From: a virus
Lineage: Duplodnaviria > Caudoviricetes
Virus record (IMG/VR): IMGVR_UViG_3300017707_000594
Coordinates: 1-31,294 of that record
Direction: 5' to 3' (one strand)
Length of the DNA: 31,294 nt
Shown here in pieces: positions 8,474 to 17,195 of this stretch; the first letter of the stretch is position 1; each line of letters starts with the position of its first letter. A program made the position numbers and the translations under genes. The notes beneath the pieces are model-generated. The model was not told the origin of the DNA, did no database searches, and saw nothing but the letters and a program-made list of their open reading frames with translations.

Positions 8474-9531
8474 TAAATAACGTTGTTAATAAGGTTAAAT
8501 GCGTAATCAAATTCTATTTCGTAATTGATATTTCTATCTTGCAATGAAGTTTTTAATGTAGTGCTTTGTGTTTTAACTTCAACAGGTTTACCATTTAATA
8601 AAACAGTTTCACTTAACAATAAATCTTGAATTAAATCTGAATAGTTTTCAGGCACAAATCCTGAACTTAATTTTACTGATTGCTTACCATTAATATTAAA
8701 TGATTTACTTTGCCCTTTAGATGTGTTATAATCAATTGAATCCTGCAATAAATTAAAACTACTACCCTTAACATTAATATTATTAGTTTGTGCCTTAAAG
8801 AACGTTAAAAACTGCCACCCACCAAAGCGATTAATAAATGAACAAATTACAGGTGCATATTTAGGTTCGCAAATTGGCATCACATTATAAACGTAATCAG
8901 TATCGTTATAAGAAATAGTTAATGTATTGCCTTTATTATATTTTGCGTTTGTAGTTGACAAAGGTATTTTAAGCATTCCTTTTGTTTCTGTGTAACCAAC
9001 TACTACTTCATTACGACCTCTTAAATCTTTATAGGTTGCAGTTATAACATCACCACTTTCAGGACTTATTAAAACGTTAACATAAGGAATAGATTTGGTA
9101 ATGTCATATCTTATTTCTTTTGTATTATCAGATAATAACATAAAAGTATCTGAAGCATTGGTGTAATTATACCCATCTAAAAATTGAGTATAGCCATTAG
9201 TGCCTAAATAAGTTGTAGTATCTAATAAAGAATATGTACCTACTGAAGTTTCTTTATAGCGTTTAACTTCAACGTTAACCCACATAGTAGTAGAATCAGT
9301 TTCACCTGCTGCATAGTTAGGTGCTACGTTATCAATATATTCTTTTACAAATGGACTTATGTTATAAACATTTTCTATTTGAGTTGAACTTGCAATAGAT
9401 TTACTAAATGTATAAGTTGCAGGTGTTGGTGCTGAACCTGTACCATTCCATAATCTTAATTCTATTTTAGAACCTATTTGCCCTGTTTCGTTAATCGTTA
9501 TGAAGTAAGGACTTCTTGAATATATTATCAT
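8473..9531 (-). CDS. Putative tail (distal-tail-like) structural protein
   Basis: 352 aa, beta-rich, FINRFGGW motif, in tail module. Confidence 0.55.
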   Translation of the reverse strand: MIIYSRSPYFITINETGQIGSKIELRLWNGTGSAPTPATYTFSKSIASSTQIENVYNISPFVKEYIDNVAPNYAAGETDSTTMWVNVEVKRYKETSVGTYSLLDTTTYLGTNGYTQFLDGYNYTNASDTFMLLSDNTKEIRYDITKSIPYVNVLISPESGDVITATYKDLRGRNEVVVGYTETKGMLKIPLSTTNAKYNKGNTLTISYNDTDYVYNVMPICEPKYAPVICSFINRFGGWQFLTFFKAQTNNINVKGSSFNLLQDSIDYNTSKGQSKSFNINGKQSVKLSSGFVPENYSDLIQDLLLSETVLLNGKPVEVKTQSTTLKTSLQDRNINYEIEFDYAFNLINNVI

Positions 9532-9532
9532 T

Positions 9533-10075
9533 TTATTTTATATCTTTTAAATTATAATCTACCATTGTTTCTACATCTTGACCGAATGCCTTCATTAAAT
9601 CAGTGTCTATGTATTTCTTATATCCTGCTTCAAAAGGTTTAGTAAAAAATAAACTTGGCTTAATTCCTTTGTGAAAAATACTTCGAGTAATAAGATACCC
9701 TGTTTGCTGATAACTCATAAACTTTCCACTCTTCTTGTCTCGGAATTGAAAACCTTTCGCTTGTACCCATTTTAATATGCTTTTAGTTAAACCACCTTTT
9801 TTACCTGTACCTGAACCAAATCTAAACGGACTTTTAGGTGCTTTTGCTGAACTTGATTTACCTCTAACCCCTTGGTCTTGGAATTGTCCATATTCAGCCA
9901 TAGAGAACCCCACAATTGAATAATTATCTTCTGTAAGCACTTCGCCTTTCAAACTATTGTATAGTTCTTTAGAAACGTTCTTACCGCCTTTAGATAGATT
10001 GCTTCTACTTTGTTGTATAACGTAATCTTTAAAACGCTTTAATACTGCTTGAACTTCTTTTAATTCTTGTGCCAT
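9533..10075 (-). CDS. Putative neck/tail-completion protein (HK97 gp10-like)
   Basis: Basic, LYNSL...YGQFQDQGV...GIKPSLFF pattern. Confidence 0.55.
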   Translation of the reverse strand: MAQELKEVQAVLKRFKDYVIQQSRSNLSKGGKNVSKELYNSLKGEVLTEDNYSIVGFSMAEYGQFQDQGVRGKSSSAKAPKSPFRFGSGTGKKGGLTKSILKWVQAKGFQFRDKKSGKFMSYQQTGYLITRSIFHKGIKPSLFFTKPFEAGYKKYIDTDLMKAFGQDVETMVDYNLKDIK

Positions 10076-10076
10076 A

Positions 10077-10532
10077 TTAGCAAATAGTCATATCGTTTTG
10101 TGCTATTACATTCATTGTAACCGTTACACCTGCAATCTTGTTTTCAAATCTATCTACAAAGTATTCTATACTTGCACCATCTTGTAGTTGGTAACCATCA
10201 TCAAATAAATCACCACGCCTTAACATTTCAAGTAATCTTGTCGCAACCATTTGTTGTGTGTTTAACACATCCTGCTCATTGTCATTACCTACAAACATAT
10301 CTTCTACTTCTTCTTTAGATTCATCTACAATATCCATACACAAAACAGAAATACTATAGTTAAAAGTACTTCCGTTATAAGCTGCTGAATTAATCATTAT
10401 GTGTGATAAAGGGAATATAGTTTGCTTGTTCAAGTCTACTTTGAATATATCACCAATGGTAACAGTATTTACAAAAGCATCAGCATCTAATTGGTCTTTG
10501 ATTGCTTGGCTTATTTGGTAAAATCCTTTCAT
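10077..10532 (-). CDS. Putative tail terminator protein
   Basis: 151 aa, acidic, FPLSHI motif, position. Confidence 0.5.
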   Translation of the reverse strand: MKGFYQISQAIKDQLDADAFVNTVTIGDIFKVDLNKQTIFPLSHIMINSAAYNGSTFNYSISVLCMDIVDESKEEVEDMFVGNDNEQDVLNTQQMVATRLLEMLRRGDLFDDGYQLQDGASIEYFVDRFENKIAGVTVTMNVIAQNDMTIC

Positions 10533-10794
10533 TACTTATTTTTATTTATTAATTTCATTTCTATATCAGTCTTTTCTTTTTCAAAGGTCAACCAAGTTAA
10601 ACTTTGGTGTACGGGTAACTTGGAAACTTCATCAAATCTTCTAACGTTTCCTTGAGCAAGAGCATAGATACTTGAATACCATCCCCAACGTTTTCCAAAT
10701 TGTGCTTGTTCAGAATATTCTGCACTTCCTGATTCTGCTCCAAATAGTTTATCGTACTGCTTAATAAGTCGTTCCCTAAATTGTAAAAAAAAAC
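10532..10794 (-). CDS. -1 frameshift extension of tail assembly chaperone (GT-like)
   Basis: T9 slippery run at 10785-10793; -1 frame LQFRERL...FGKRWGWYSSIYALAQG...KNK ends in TAATG overlapping the next ATG. Confidence 0.75.
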
Positions 10795-11274
10795 CATAGC
10801 ACCAAGAACTACATCCAATGGTGCGTGTTTCATTACATCAGCATAGGTAATAGAACCTTGATATTCTTCTATTTCGTATTTGTTTCCTAACTTATTTGTA
10901 ATCGGTCTATACAATACAGCCATTGCATTATGCATAGTGTCCCAATCAGTAATATAATTATCTAAATCCATATATTCACCTGTAGACATATCGTCAAGGT
11001 TAGGTATGAATCCAAACTCTACACCACCCATTTTAAAGCGTTGTATAAACCTATTTTCTTTGTTGAATAGATTGTTAATATTAGCAGTAATTTCAGCTAC
11101 ATCTTTGTATCTAATCTGTGCCACATCTTTTAAATCTATACCACAAAATAATTGCACCATTTTCTGCTGCAAAAATTCAGATTCTTCATTGTCTTTTGCA
11201 ATAGCTAAAAACTTTTGATACTGCACTAATTTTATTTCTGATAGTGAAGTTGGTATTTTTAATTCTATCTTCAT
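10597..11274 (-). CDS. Tail assembly chaperone (0-frame product)
   Basis: Contains ATG GTT TTT TTT TAC slippery site; heads the tail operon. Confidence 0.65.
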   Translation of the reverse strand: MKIELKIPTSLSEIKLVQYQKFLAIAKDNEESEFLQQKMVQLFCGIDLKDVAQIRYKDVAEITANINNLFNKENRFIQRFKMGGVEFGFIPNLDDMSTGEYMDLDNYITDWDTMHNAMAVLYRPITNKLGNKYEIEEYQGSITYADVMKHAPLDVVLGAMVFFYNLGNDLLSSTINYLEQNQEVQNILNKHNLENVGDGIQVSMLLLKETLEDLMKFPSYPYTKV

Positions 11275-11336
11275 TGTTGTTTTTTCTTTATTAATAAATA
11301 TTTTACATTATTGTATTAAGCTATGCATTTAAGCAC

Positions 11337-11363
11337 AAAAAAGGCAGCCATTTCTGACTACCT
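11337..11363 (-). terminator. Intrinsic terminator with GAAA loop
   Basis: - strand AGGTAGTCA GAAA TGGCTGCCT followed by a T run. Confidence 0.8.
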
Positions 11364-11385
11364 AATTAACCAACCTATTTAAAAC

Positions 11386-11499
11386 TTAATCTTCATCTGC
11401 TCGTTTACATTGTTTGTCACAATATGTTTTTTTACAAGCTTCACCACAATACCTGCATTCGTTTTCAGGATATTCGTTTTGGTAGTCGTAGTATTCCAT
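11386..11499 (-). CDS. 37-aa zinc-finger-like peptide
   Basis: MEYYDYQNEYPENECRYCGEACKKTYCDKQCKRADED, translated by hand. Confidence 0.7.
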   Translation of the reverse strand: MEYYDYQNEYPENECRYCGEACKKTYCDKQCKRADED

Positions 11500-11504
11500 A
11501 TCTA

Positions 11505-11702
11505 TTAGTTTAAAATTTCAACTTCAGCAATATTATTCAAACCTACAGTAGACCAACAAACGCCATTAAAATCTTTTATTATAGCGTGTCCTTCACCTAA
11601 ATGTTTTTCAACATAACCTGAAGCTTTCATTACATAATATCCATCTTTGTCATAAGATTGTACTTTTGTACCTAATTTAAAATTTTCAAAATTTGCTTTC
11701 AT
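11505..11702 (-). CDS. Hypothetical protein, 65 aa (start MKANFENF)
   Basis: ATG at 11702 lies downstream of the promoter at 11730-11737. Confidence 0.75.
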   Translation of the reverse strand: MKANFENFKLGTKVQSYDKDGYYVMKASGYVEKHLGEGHAIIKDFNGVCWSTVGLNNIAEVEILN

Positions 11703-11729
11703 AATTTCTGATTGTTTGTTTGTTGAGTA

Positions 11730-11790
11730 CAAATATACATCAGTTATTAACAATACAAAAATTTTTAGAAATTTTAACAAAACTTTAACA
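11730..11790 (-). promoter_or_regulatory. TATATTTG promoter plus TGTTAA-N5-TGTTAA box
   Basis: CAAATATA 11730-11737; TTAACAAAACTTTAACA 11774-11790. Confidence 0.7.
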
Positions 11791-11791
11791 T

Positions 11792-11941
11792 TTACACTTT
11801 CAAATATTCTTCAGCTATTAAATACATTTTCTGCATCTTTTTTATTTCACCAATGTTTCGTGGCAAGTTAATTGGTACTTCAATCCCTTTAACGTGATGA
11901 ATATAACATTGTATCGTGGCTATTATTTGTGCGTATGTCAT
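11792..11941 (-). CDS. Hypothetical protein, 49 aa (MTYAQIIATIQCYIHH...)
   Basis: TAATG-coupled to terL; translated by hand. Confidence 0.65.
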   Translation of the reverse strand: MTYAQIIATIQCYIHHVKGIEVPINLPRNIGEIKKMQKMYLIAEEYLKV

Positions 11942-13146
11942 TAGTAAACGTAATAAGTTCCTTTGTTAGGGTTTTCTAACTGATATGATACAATGTACCT
12001 TAATGCATCTATCAAGTGGTTGTGGTTGTCTATTGGTGTGTTACTTTTCTTTTCTAACCAACAATAGTTATTTAGTTCCCTGATTAAATTAATAGATTCA
12101 GGTGTAACTATTAAATCATAATCTTGTAGCAAAGCTATTCCAAATGTAACTGAACCCTGTCCTTTGATTGCAGGTACTATATTCAATCCTGCAGTTTGTA
12201 ATTCAGATATCAATCTTGGTTCAGCACTATCAGCTACAATCAAACTATCCAAGCAATGCTGTTTATTTAACTGATAAATCTGTGATGTAGTTAATGCAGG
12301 TAAGCAATATCTTTCGTTGATGTATATCTTCTTATTAGCTGTGTCTATATTACATTCTACTAATGTAGTTGGGTCATTACTAAAACCAAAATCCTGACCA
12401 AATGCAGAAGCTCCTACTTGTTTATATTCACCTATTGTCCAATTGTTAAAGATTACACCTTCAGCTTTGTCTAACCATCCACCAAGAATTTGATGCTTAT
12501 ACTTTTCAGGTCGTCTTTGCTTGATGTTTTCTATTTGACTAATAAAAGATTCTGATAGGTTTTCTATGTTATCTAAATACGTTGTGTGTATATAAGTAGT
12601 ATCACCTTTTACTAAATTACTTCCTGCTTGTATTCCTTTGTCTTCAAAGAATTTCTTATATATGAAGTGTTCTTTTGTTGCAGGGTTCAATACTAATAGC
12701 ACTCTATTCTGTACACCTTTGGTTCTAATACTGAAGTCTATCTTTTCAAATACTTCTTCATCTGTTAGTTCTTCAGCTTCATCTAATACCCAAGTAGTAA
12801 CACCTGCTAAAGATTTAAGTGATGCAGTCTGTGTACCACTGCTTGTTTTAATCCCTTTAAAGATGATTTTAGACCCTGTTTTTAGATTTACTATTTCATC
12901 CTTCGTAATATAAAAATCGTTGCTTAAATCGGCTGATTCTATCTTATCTATAAATTCAGGAATGATAGATACATTTGCTGATGTCAAAGTGTAACGTGTA
13001 AATAGTATAACGTGTCCTACTTCATAAGTTAACAATAGCAGAAACGAGTTCAAAGAATAAGACTTCCCTGAACCCCTTCCGCCTGTTATTACAAAGTACC
13101 TACTATCTGAACCAAGTAGATTATATTTGTTATTTAGACTTATCAA
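11941..13146 (-). CDS. terL: Terminase large subunit (PBSX-like)
   Basis: GGRGSGKS Walker A, WVLDEAEE Walker B, NP coupling motif, GQDFGF and HLIDALRY nuclease motifs. Confidence 0.95.
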   Translation of the reverse strand: MISLNNKYNLLGSDSRYFVITGGRGSGKSYSLNSFLLLLTYEVGHVILFTRYTLTSANVSIIPEFIDKIESADLSNDFYITKDEIVNLKTGSKIIFKGIKTSSGTQTASLKSLAGVTTWVLDEAEELTDEEVFEKIDFSIRTKGVQNRVLLVLNPATKEHFIYKKFFEDKGIQAGSNLVKGDTTYIHTTYLDNIENLSESFISQIENIKQRRPEKYKHQILGGWLDKAEGVIFNNWTIGEYKQVGASAFGQDFGFSNDPTTLVECNIDTANKKIYINERYCLPALTTSQIYQLNKQHCLDSLIVADSAEPRLISELQTAGLNIVPAIKGQGSVTFGIALLQDYDLIVTPESINLIRELNNYCWLEKKSNTPIDNHNHLIDALRYIVSYQLENPNKGTYYVY

Positions 13147-13423
13147 TTTTGAATATATCTTTTATATTGAAGTCGTTAATATTGTGAGTAGTTTCAACTA
13201 TTTCTTTAGGCTTACCAAATATATGTTCAGCAATAAACAATTGTCCACGTTGTGATTCCATTAAAGTACCTTTGACAAAAGCTATCTTTGTTTCGTCTTC
13301 GGTTTCTTTATTGTATAATTCCTTTAATGCTTGGATAAAAATATTGTTTACCTTTTGTTCTTCAACTTTAGATTTTCTACCTGCAGTTTTATGACCACCG
13401 TTGTTTCTTCTTTTATCTTCCAT
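13130..13423 (-). CDS. terS: Terminase small subunit
   Basis: NGG...AGRK N-terminus, FGKPKE motif, overlaps terL. Confidence 0.75.
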   Translation of the reverse strand: MEDKRRNNGGHKTAGRKSKVEEQKVNNIFIQALKELYNKETEDETKIAFVKGTLMESQRGQLFIAEHIFGKPKEIVETTHNINDFNIKDIFKIDKSK

Positions 13424-13474
13424 ATTTAAAAAAGTTATTATTATTAATTCTATAATAAATAAAACTTATAGTTG

Positions 13475-13843
13475 TTAAATGAATTCGTATTCATCTTTGT
13501 ATTTCTGCAAACCATTTGGTCTGTTATTCAAAGCTAAAGATAATGAAGAACGATTTATTCCTGTTTCCCTACATAGTTGTATCATACCACTAAATATTTT
13601 ACCATCAGACTTTCTTCTTATAGGTTTCATTCTATGTGATTGTTCTTTCTGCATCTTTAAACTTTTATCTGATAGTCCTAAATCATCTATCAATATCTTT
13701 TTGGTTTTATACTTTGCACCATTCTTTATAGCATCTAATACATCAAAGTCTTCTTGTTTCCATTTAGGTCTTGGCAAGTCCCATAGATAAATACTATTGT
13801 TATTCGCTTCTCGCAATATTTTGCTTATATCTGAATTTTTCAT
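13475..13843 (-). CDS. Hypothetical protein with NUMOD1-like HTH C-terminus
   Basis: KPIRRKSDGKIFSGMIQLCRETGINRSSLS pattern. Confidence 0.55.
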   Translation of the reverse strand: MKNSDISKILREANNNSIYLWDLPRPKWKQEDFDVLDAIKNGAKYKTKKILIDDLGLSDKSLKMQKEQSHRMKPIRRKSDGKIFSGMIQLCRETGINRSSLSLALNNRPNGLQKYKDEYEFI

Positions 13844-13929
13844 TTGCCTTTATTAATTAAGTAATACCATAGCCAAATCAGTTTTGACCTTATTAGTTCA
13901 TATAGTGCAATTATAACTAAATACTTCAT
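13840..13929 (-). CDS. 29-aa hydrophobic peptide
   Basis: MKYLVIIALYELIRSKLIWLWYYLINKGK; ATGA overlap with next gene. Confidence 0.5.
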   Translation of the reverse strand: MKYLVIIALYELIRSKLIWLWYYLINKGK

Positions 13930-13933
13930 AGCT

Positions 13934-14410
13934 TTATAGTCTTATGTTTTTATTCATTGAATAGAATGCTTCTAACCTTAAAGTAATTAATTCGTGTTGT
14001 TCAGTTCCTTTAGTAGCTTCTAATAGGTTGTTTAGGTTTTCTATTATTTTGTATTCGTATCTTGGTTGATTCAATTGCTTTTCTAAATCGTGCAGCTTTT
14101 TTTTAAAGATGTCTTCTTGTGATAGTTCTTGTTCTACTTCACCACCGAGTAGTTTTAATATTAAATTCTTGCAATCTAATATCTTTGGGTTGTAGGTTTC
14201 ATATACTGAAAAGTTCTTTAATGAATGTACTACTGTAGCGTGGTTCATTTCAAAGTCTGATGCTATAGATTGTAAGCTTCTTTTCTTATATAGTTTCTTT
14301 ACCAAGTAGAAGTATAATGCTCTTGCTTCTATTATTTCTCGCTTCCTGCAGTTTTCAGTTATATCTACTTTTAGTTCTCTTAAAATTAATTCTTTTATCT
14401 GATTTTCCAT
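13934..14410 (-). CDS. DnaA C-terminal (domain IV)-like HTH protein
   Basis: RKREIIEAR...SLQSIA...NHATVVHS. Confidence 0.75.
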   Translation of the reverse strand: MENQIKELILRELKVDITENCRKREIIEARALYFYLVKKLYKKRSLQSIASDFEMNHATVVHSLKNFSVYETYNPKILDCKNLILKLLGGEVEQELSQEDIFKKKLHDLEKQLNQPRYEYKIIENLNNLLEATKGTEQHELITLRLEAFYSMNKNIRL

Positions 14411-14421
14411 TTCTTATTTAA

Positions 14422-15195
14422 TTATAAAATTCCACGCATTACATATTGATTTAAATCTACTTCTTCTTGTCCAAAAAAGTATTTGTAGTTAGCTATACCT
14501 TGTTCAAGTTTGTCTTTACCTTTTTGGTAGAAGTCATCACTACATTCAAAGATTCCAATATCTAAACTACCTTTGTCTATACATACAAATATGAATTCAT
14601 CTACTCTAAACATTTCTTTATACATATAAGCTTGTAAGTCATAAGAGTATTTATCTGCTGAATATCTAAATTCATTTAACCCTGTAGTAGTTTTTAAATC
14701 TATTATTTGATTGCCTCTTAAAATATCTGCTTTGGCTCTAAATGGTATTCCATCTATCATTGCTACTTCAGGTATTTCAAATTCTGCACCCATAAAATAA
14801 CTTGTAGCTTCATTGTTCTTTAGGATTGCATCAGCTAATCTTTCAGCGTCTCTTAATTCATTTGTAGTATATACGTTTTGTTTTTCTTCTACTGCAAGTT
14901 TGTATTCTTTTGCTGCTTTAGTTTTACAATCTACAAATGTGAAGTCATCTATCTTATTAGGTTCAAGTATAAGTGTATGGAATAGTTTACCATCTCTTAA
15001 TGGTTGAGTTTCTGCTTGTCCGTACTTTGTAACGTATTTATATGTTTTAGGTGATTTAAGCACCATCTTTAGACTTGATGAAGATAATGCTTGTTTTCCT
15101 AAATAACCATAGTAAAAGTCATCATCATACATATTGTCTAATAATTCTTGTTTGTCCCAAATCTTGTTGTCGAATGTTTTAATTTTTTCTTGCAT
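14422..15195 (-). CDS. PD-(D/E)XK exonuclease, RecE/ExoVIII-like
   Basis: LSSSSLK, GKLFH, KAD, IIDLKTT, YDLQAYMY motifs. Confidence 0.85.
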   Translation of the reverse strand: MQEKIKTFDNKIWDKQELLDNMYDDDFYYGYLGKQALSSSSLKMVLKSPKTYKYVTKYGQAETQPLRDGKLFHTLILEPNKIDDFTFVDCKTKAAKEYKLAVEEKQNVYTTNELRDAERLADAILKNNEATSYFMGAEFEIPEVAMIDGIPFRAKADILRGNQIIDLKTTTGLNEFRYSADKYSYDLQAYMYKEMFRVDEFIFVCIDKGSLDIGIFECSDDFYQKGKDKLEQGIANYKYFFGQEEVDLNQYVMRGIL

Positions 15196-15376
15196 CTTGT
15201 ATAATTAAGTCGTAAATATAATAGTGTGTTTGTATGTCTCTTTCAGTTGAATCTATCATTGCCATAAATTGGTCGTCATTTAATTGTGCGTTGAAGTATT
15301 CGTGGTATATCCATTGCAAGTCACGTTCTAAAGATTGTATCTTGCTGAATATTTTTATTGTTGCGTCTTCATTCAT
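15179..15376 (-). CDS. Hypothetical protein, 65 aa
   Basis: Overlaps neighbours within an operon. Confidence 0.7.
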   Translation of the reverse strand: MNEDATIKIFSKIQSLERDLQWIYHEYFNAQLNDDQFMAMIDSTERDIQTHYYIYDLIIQDARKN

Positions 15377-15581
15377 ATATTGTTATGTTGTTTAGATTAG
15401 TCATTGTTTCTTCATAGTTTAGAATGCTATCTATTTCTTGCGTAAAGTAAGCTGATTCATTCCAATCTTGTTCTAAAGCTGATAGTACTGCTTTTAGTTT
15501 AAGTGCTGCGTAATCGTTTTCTAATGTTTCTAAAACGTAGATTACATTTTCTAATTCTGTTTTGATTTCTTGCTTTGTCAT
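15369..15581 (-). CDS. Hypothetical protein, 70 aa
   Basis: First gene after the promoter at 15605-15612. Confidence 0.75.
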   Translation of the reverse strand: MTKQEIKTELENVIYVLETLENDYAALKLKAVLSALEQDWNESAYFTQEIDSILNYEETMTNLNNITIYE

Positions 15582-15604
15582 AATGTTTGGTTTTAATGTT
15601 TAAG

Positions 15605-15655
15605 CAAATATAAACAACTTATTTACATAGTGCAAGTATTAACATAATTTTAACA
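15605..15655 (-). promoter_or_regulatory. TATATTTG promoter plus TGTTAA-N5-TGTTAA box
   Basis: CAAATATA 15605-15612; TTAACATAATTTTAACA 15639-15655. Confidence 0.7.
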
Positions 15656-15682
15656 AAAAAAAGGATAGCTAATTGCTACCCT
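15655..15682 (-). terminator. Intrinsic terminator
   Basis: - strand AGGGTAGC AATTA GCTATCCT followed by a T run. Confidence 0.75.
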
Positions 15683-15797
15683 CTAATTTTAGTTTTATAA
15701 TCTTTCTATATACTGCATTAACTCTTTCGCTATTCAAACCTCTGTTATAGTTAAACTTCATAATGCGTTGTATTCTTTGTAGTGGTGATTGCTTCAT
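15669..15797 (-). CDS. Basic hypothetical protein, 42 aa (MKQSPLQRIQR...)
   Basis: Translated by hand; 2 nt after the upstream stop. Confidence 0.6.
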   Translation of the reverse strand: MKQSPLQRIQRIMKFNYNRGLNSERVNAVYRKIIKLKLEGSN

Positions 15798-15799
15798 AT

Positions 15800-16021
15800 C
15801 TATAGTCTTTTAAGTTTTTCTAAATACAAAATTAAATCCATTGCTTCTTCTTGTGCGTGGTTAATCCAATCTTGCCTTGTTAAATCTTCACGGTCTAATG
15901 TAGTATTGTATTTCTGTATTCCTACTTCACTACGTTGTTTGAACTTATTAATTACTGATTGAACTACACTATCTTGTATTTGAGTTTCAATCCATTGTGA
16001 CATTGTATCTTTTACTTTCAT
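15800..16021 (-). CDS. Hypothetical protein, possibly MazG-like nucleotide pyrophosphohydrolase
   Basis: GIQKYNTTL...HAQEEAMDLILY (EExxD). Confidence 0.5.
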   Translation of the reverse strand: MKVKDTMSQWIETQIQDSVVQSVINKFKQRSEVGIQKYNTTLDREDLTRQDWINHAQEEAMDLILYLEKLKRL

Positions 16022-16272
16022 ATCAATTTGCTTTGGTTAACATATAATTCCATTATCTTCTTGGTTGCTTCATATTCGCTGAACTCTATCTTTTTGTTAT
16101 TATCTTTTAAATATACTACATTTTTATAATCACTTGGAATGTATTTAACTATGTAGAATCTTTTGTTAGTGTTTGCTTCTAATGAATAAGCTACGTTTCT
16201 TTTAACACAATACACCATAGCGTTTACCTGTGTGTAATGTGGCGAGTAGATTTCTATTTTCTTTTTAGCCAT
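16018..16272 (-). CDS. Hypothetical protein, 84 aa
   Basis: Coupled ORF. Confidence 0.7.
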   Translation of the reverse strand: MAKKKIEIYSPHYTQVNAMVYCVKRNVAYSLEANTNKRFYIVKYIPSDYKNVVYLKDNNKKIEFSEYEATKKIMELYVNQSKLI

Positions 16273-16273
16273 C

Positions 16274-16837
16274 TTAAATTTTACTTCCTTTTTTTAAATT
16301 GTCAATAGCCCAAAGCGGTTGAAAATTTGTGTAGTGATTTAATTTAATAATTTCTTCTTCAGTAGTTGCACTTGCTAATGGTTTTATATGGTCTAAATGC
16401 CATTCTCCGTGATTTTCTATTGTCATTCCTTCAGTAAATTTAGATTTTATATAATTTCTAAATTCTACAATTGTACATCCTAAAATAGTTTCTGATTTAG
16501 ATGATTTTTTATATTGATTAGTACCACGTTTAAAAGATTCTTTTATTAAACATCTAACGTTGTAAGAAAATTTGAAAATAAAATCTTCTTTTTTTCTTTT
16601 GTAAATATATTCATTAGAATAATTTTTATTTTTTTTTCTCCATTCTTTACAATATCCTGTTTTAAATTCTCTTTCTTTTGTTTTTTGTTTTATTTTTTCT
16701 TGATTATTTTTGTAATATATTTTATTTCTTTCTGTTTTGCATAATTTACATTCATAATTAAAACCATCTTTTTCATATTTATTTTTATGAAAATTATCAA
16801 GTGTTTTTAAAGATTTACAATTATTACATTTTTTCAT
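16274..16837 (-). CDS. HNH homing-endonuclease-like protein 1
   Basis: CxxC...CKxC N-terminus; WHLDHIKP...NHYTNFQPLW..DN. Confidence 0.85.
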   Translation of the reverse strand: MKKCNNCKSLKTLDNFHKNKYEKDGFNYECKLCKTERNKIYYKNNQEKIKQKTKEREFKTGYCKEWRKKNKNYSNEYIYKRKKEDFIFKFSYNVRCLIKESFKRGTNQYKKSSKSETILGCTIVEFRNYIKSKFTEGMTIENHGEWHLDHIKPLASATTEEEIIKLNHYTNFQPLWAIDNLKKGSKI

Positions 16838-16838
16838 A

Positions 16839-17195
16839 TTATTTAAGTTTTAAAAATTCAGCTTGACCATATTCTAAAAACCATTCTTTGTTTTCTTTAT
16901 ACTTTTCAATAACTGCATTAATCATTACGAGTTCATCCAAATCTGAAGTAGTTAATTTTATAACTATGTCTTCAATACTATTTAAAATGTTTGTAGTCAT
17001 TTCTGCATCAGCGTTATATATCTTTCTGTATTCATCATAAACTGTAGTTTCAAGATGTAATATCACTTTATTAAGTAAGTGCTTTAAAGCGCCGTTATAT
17101 TGCTTTGTGTAACGTAAATTCTCATTACATTCTAAAAGAAGTTGTGATAGTAATACACTCTTTAAATATTCTAATTGTATTGGATTATTGTTCAT
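16839..17195 (-). CDS. Hypothetical protein, 118 aa
   Basis: Coupled ORF. Confidence 0.75.
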   Translation of the reverse strand: MNNNPIQLEYLKSVLLSQLLLECNENLRYTKQYNGALKHLLNKVILHLETTVYDEYRKIYNADAEMTTNILNSIEDIVIKLTTSDLDELVMINAVIEKYKENKEWFLEYGQAEFLKLK

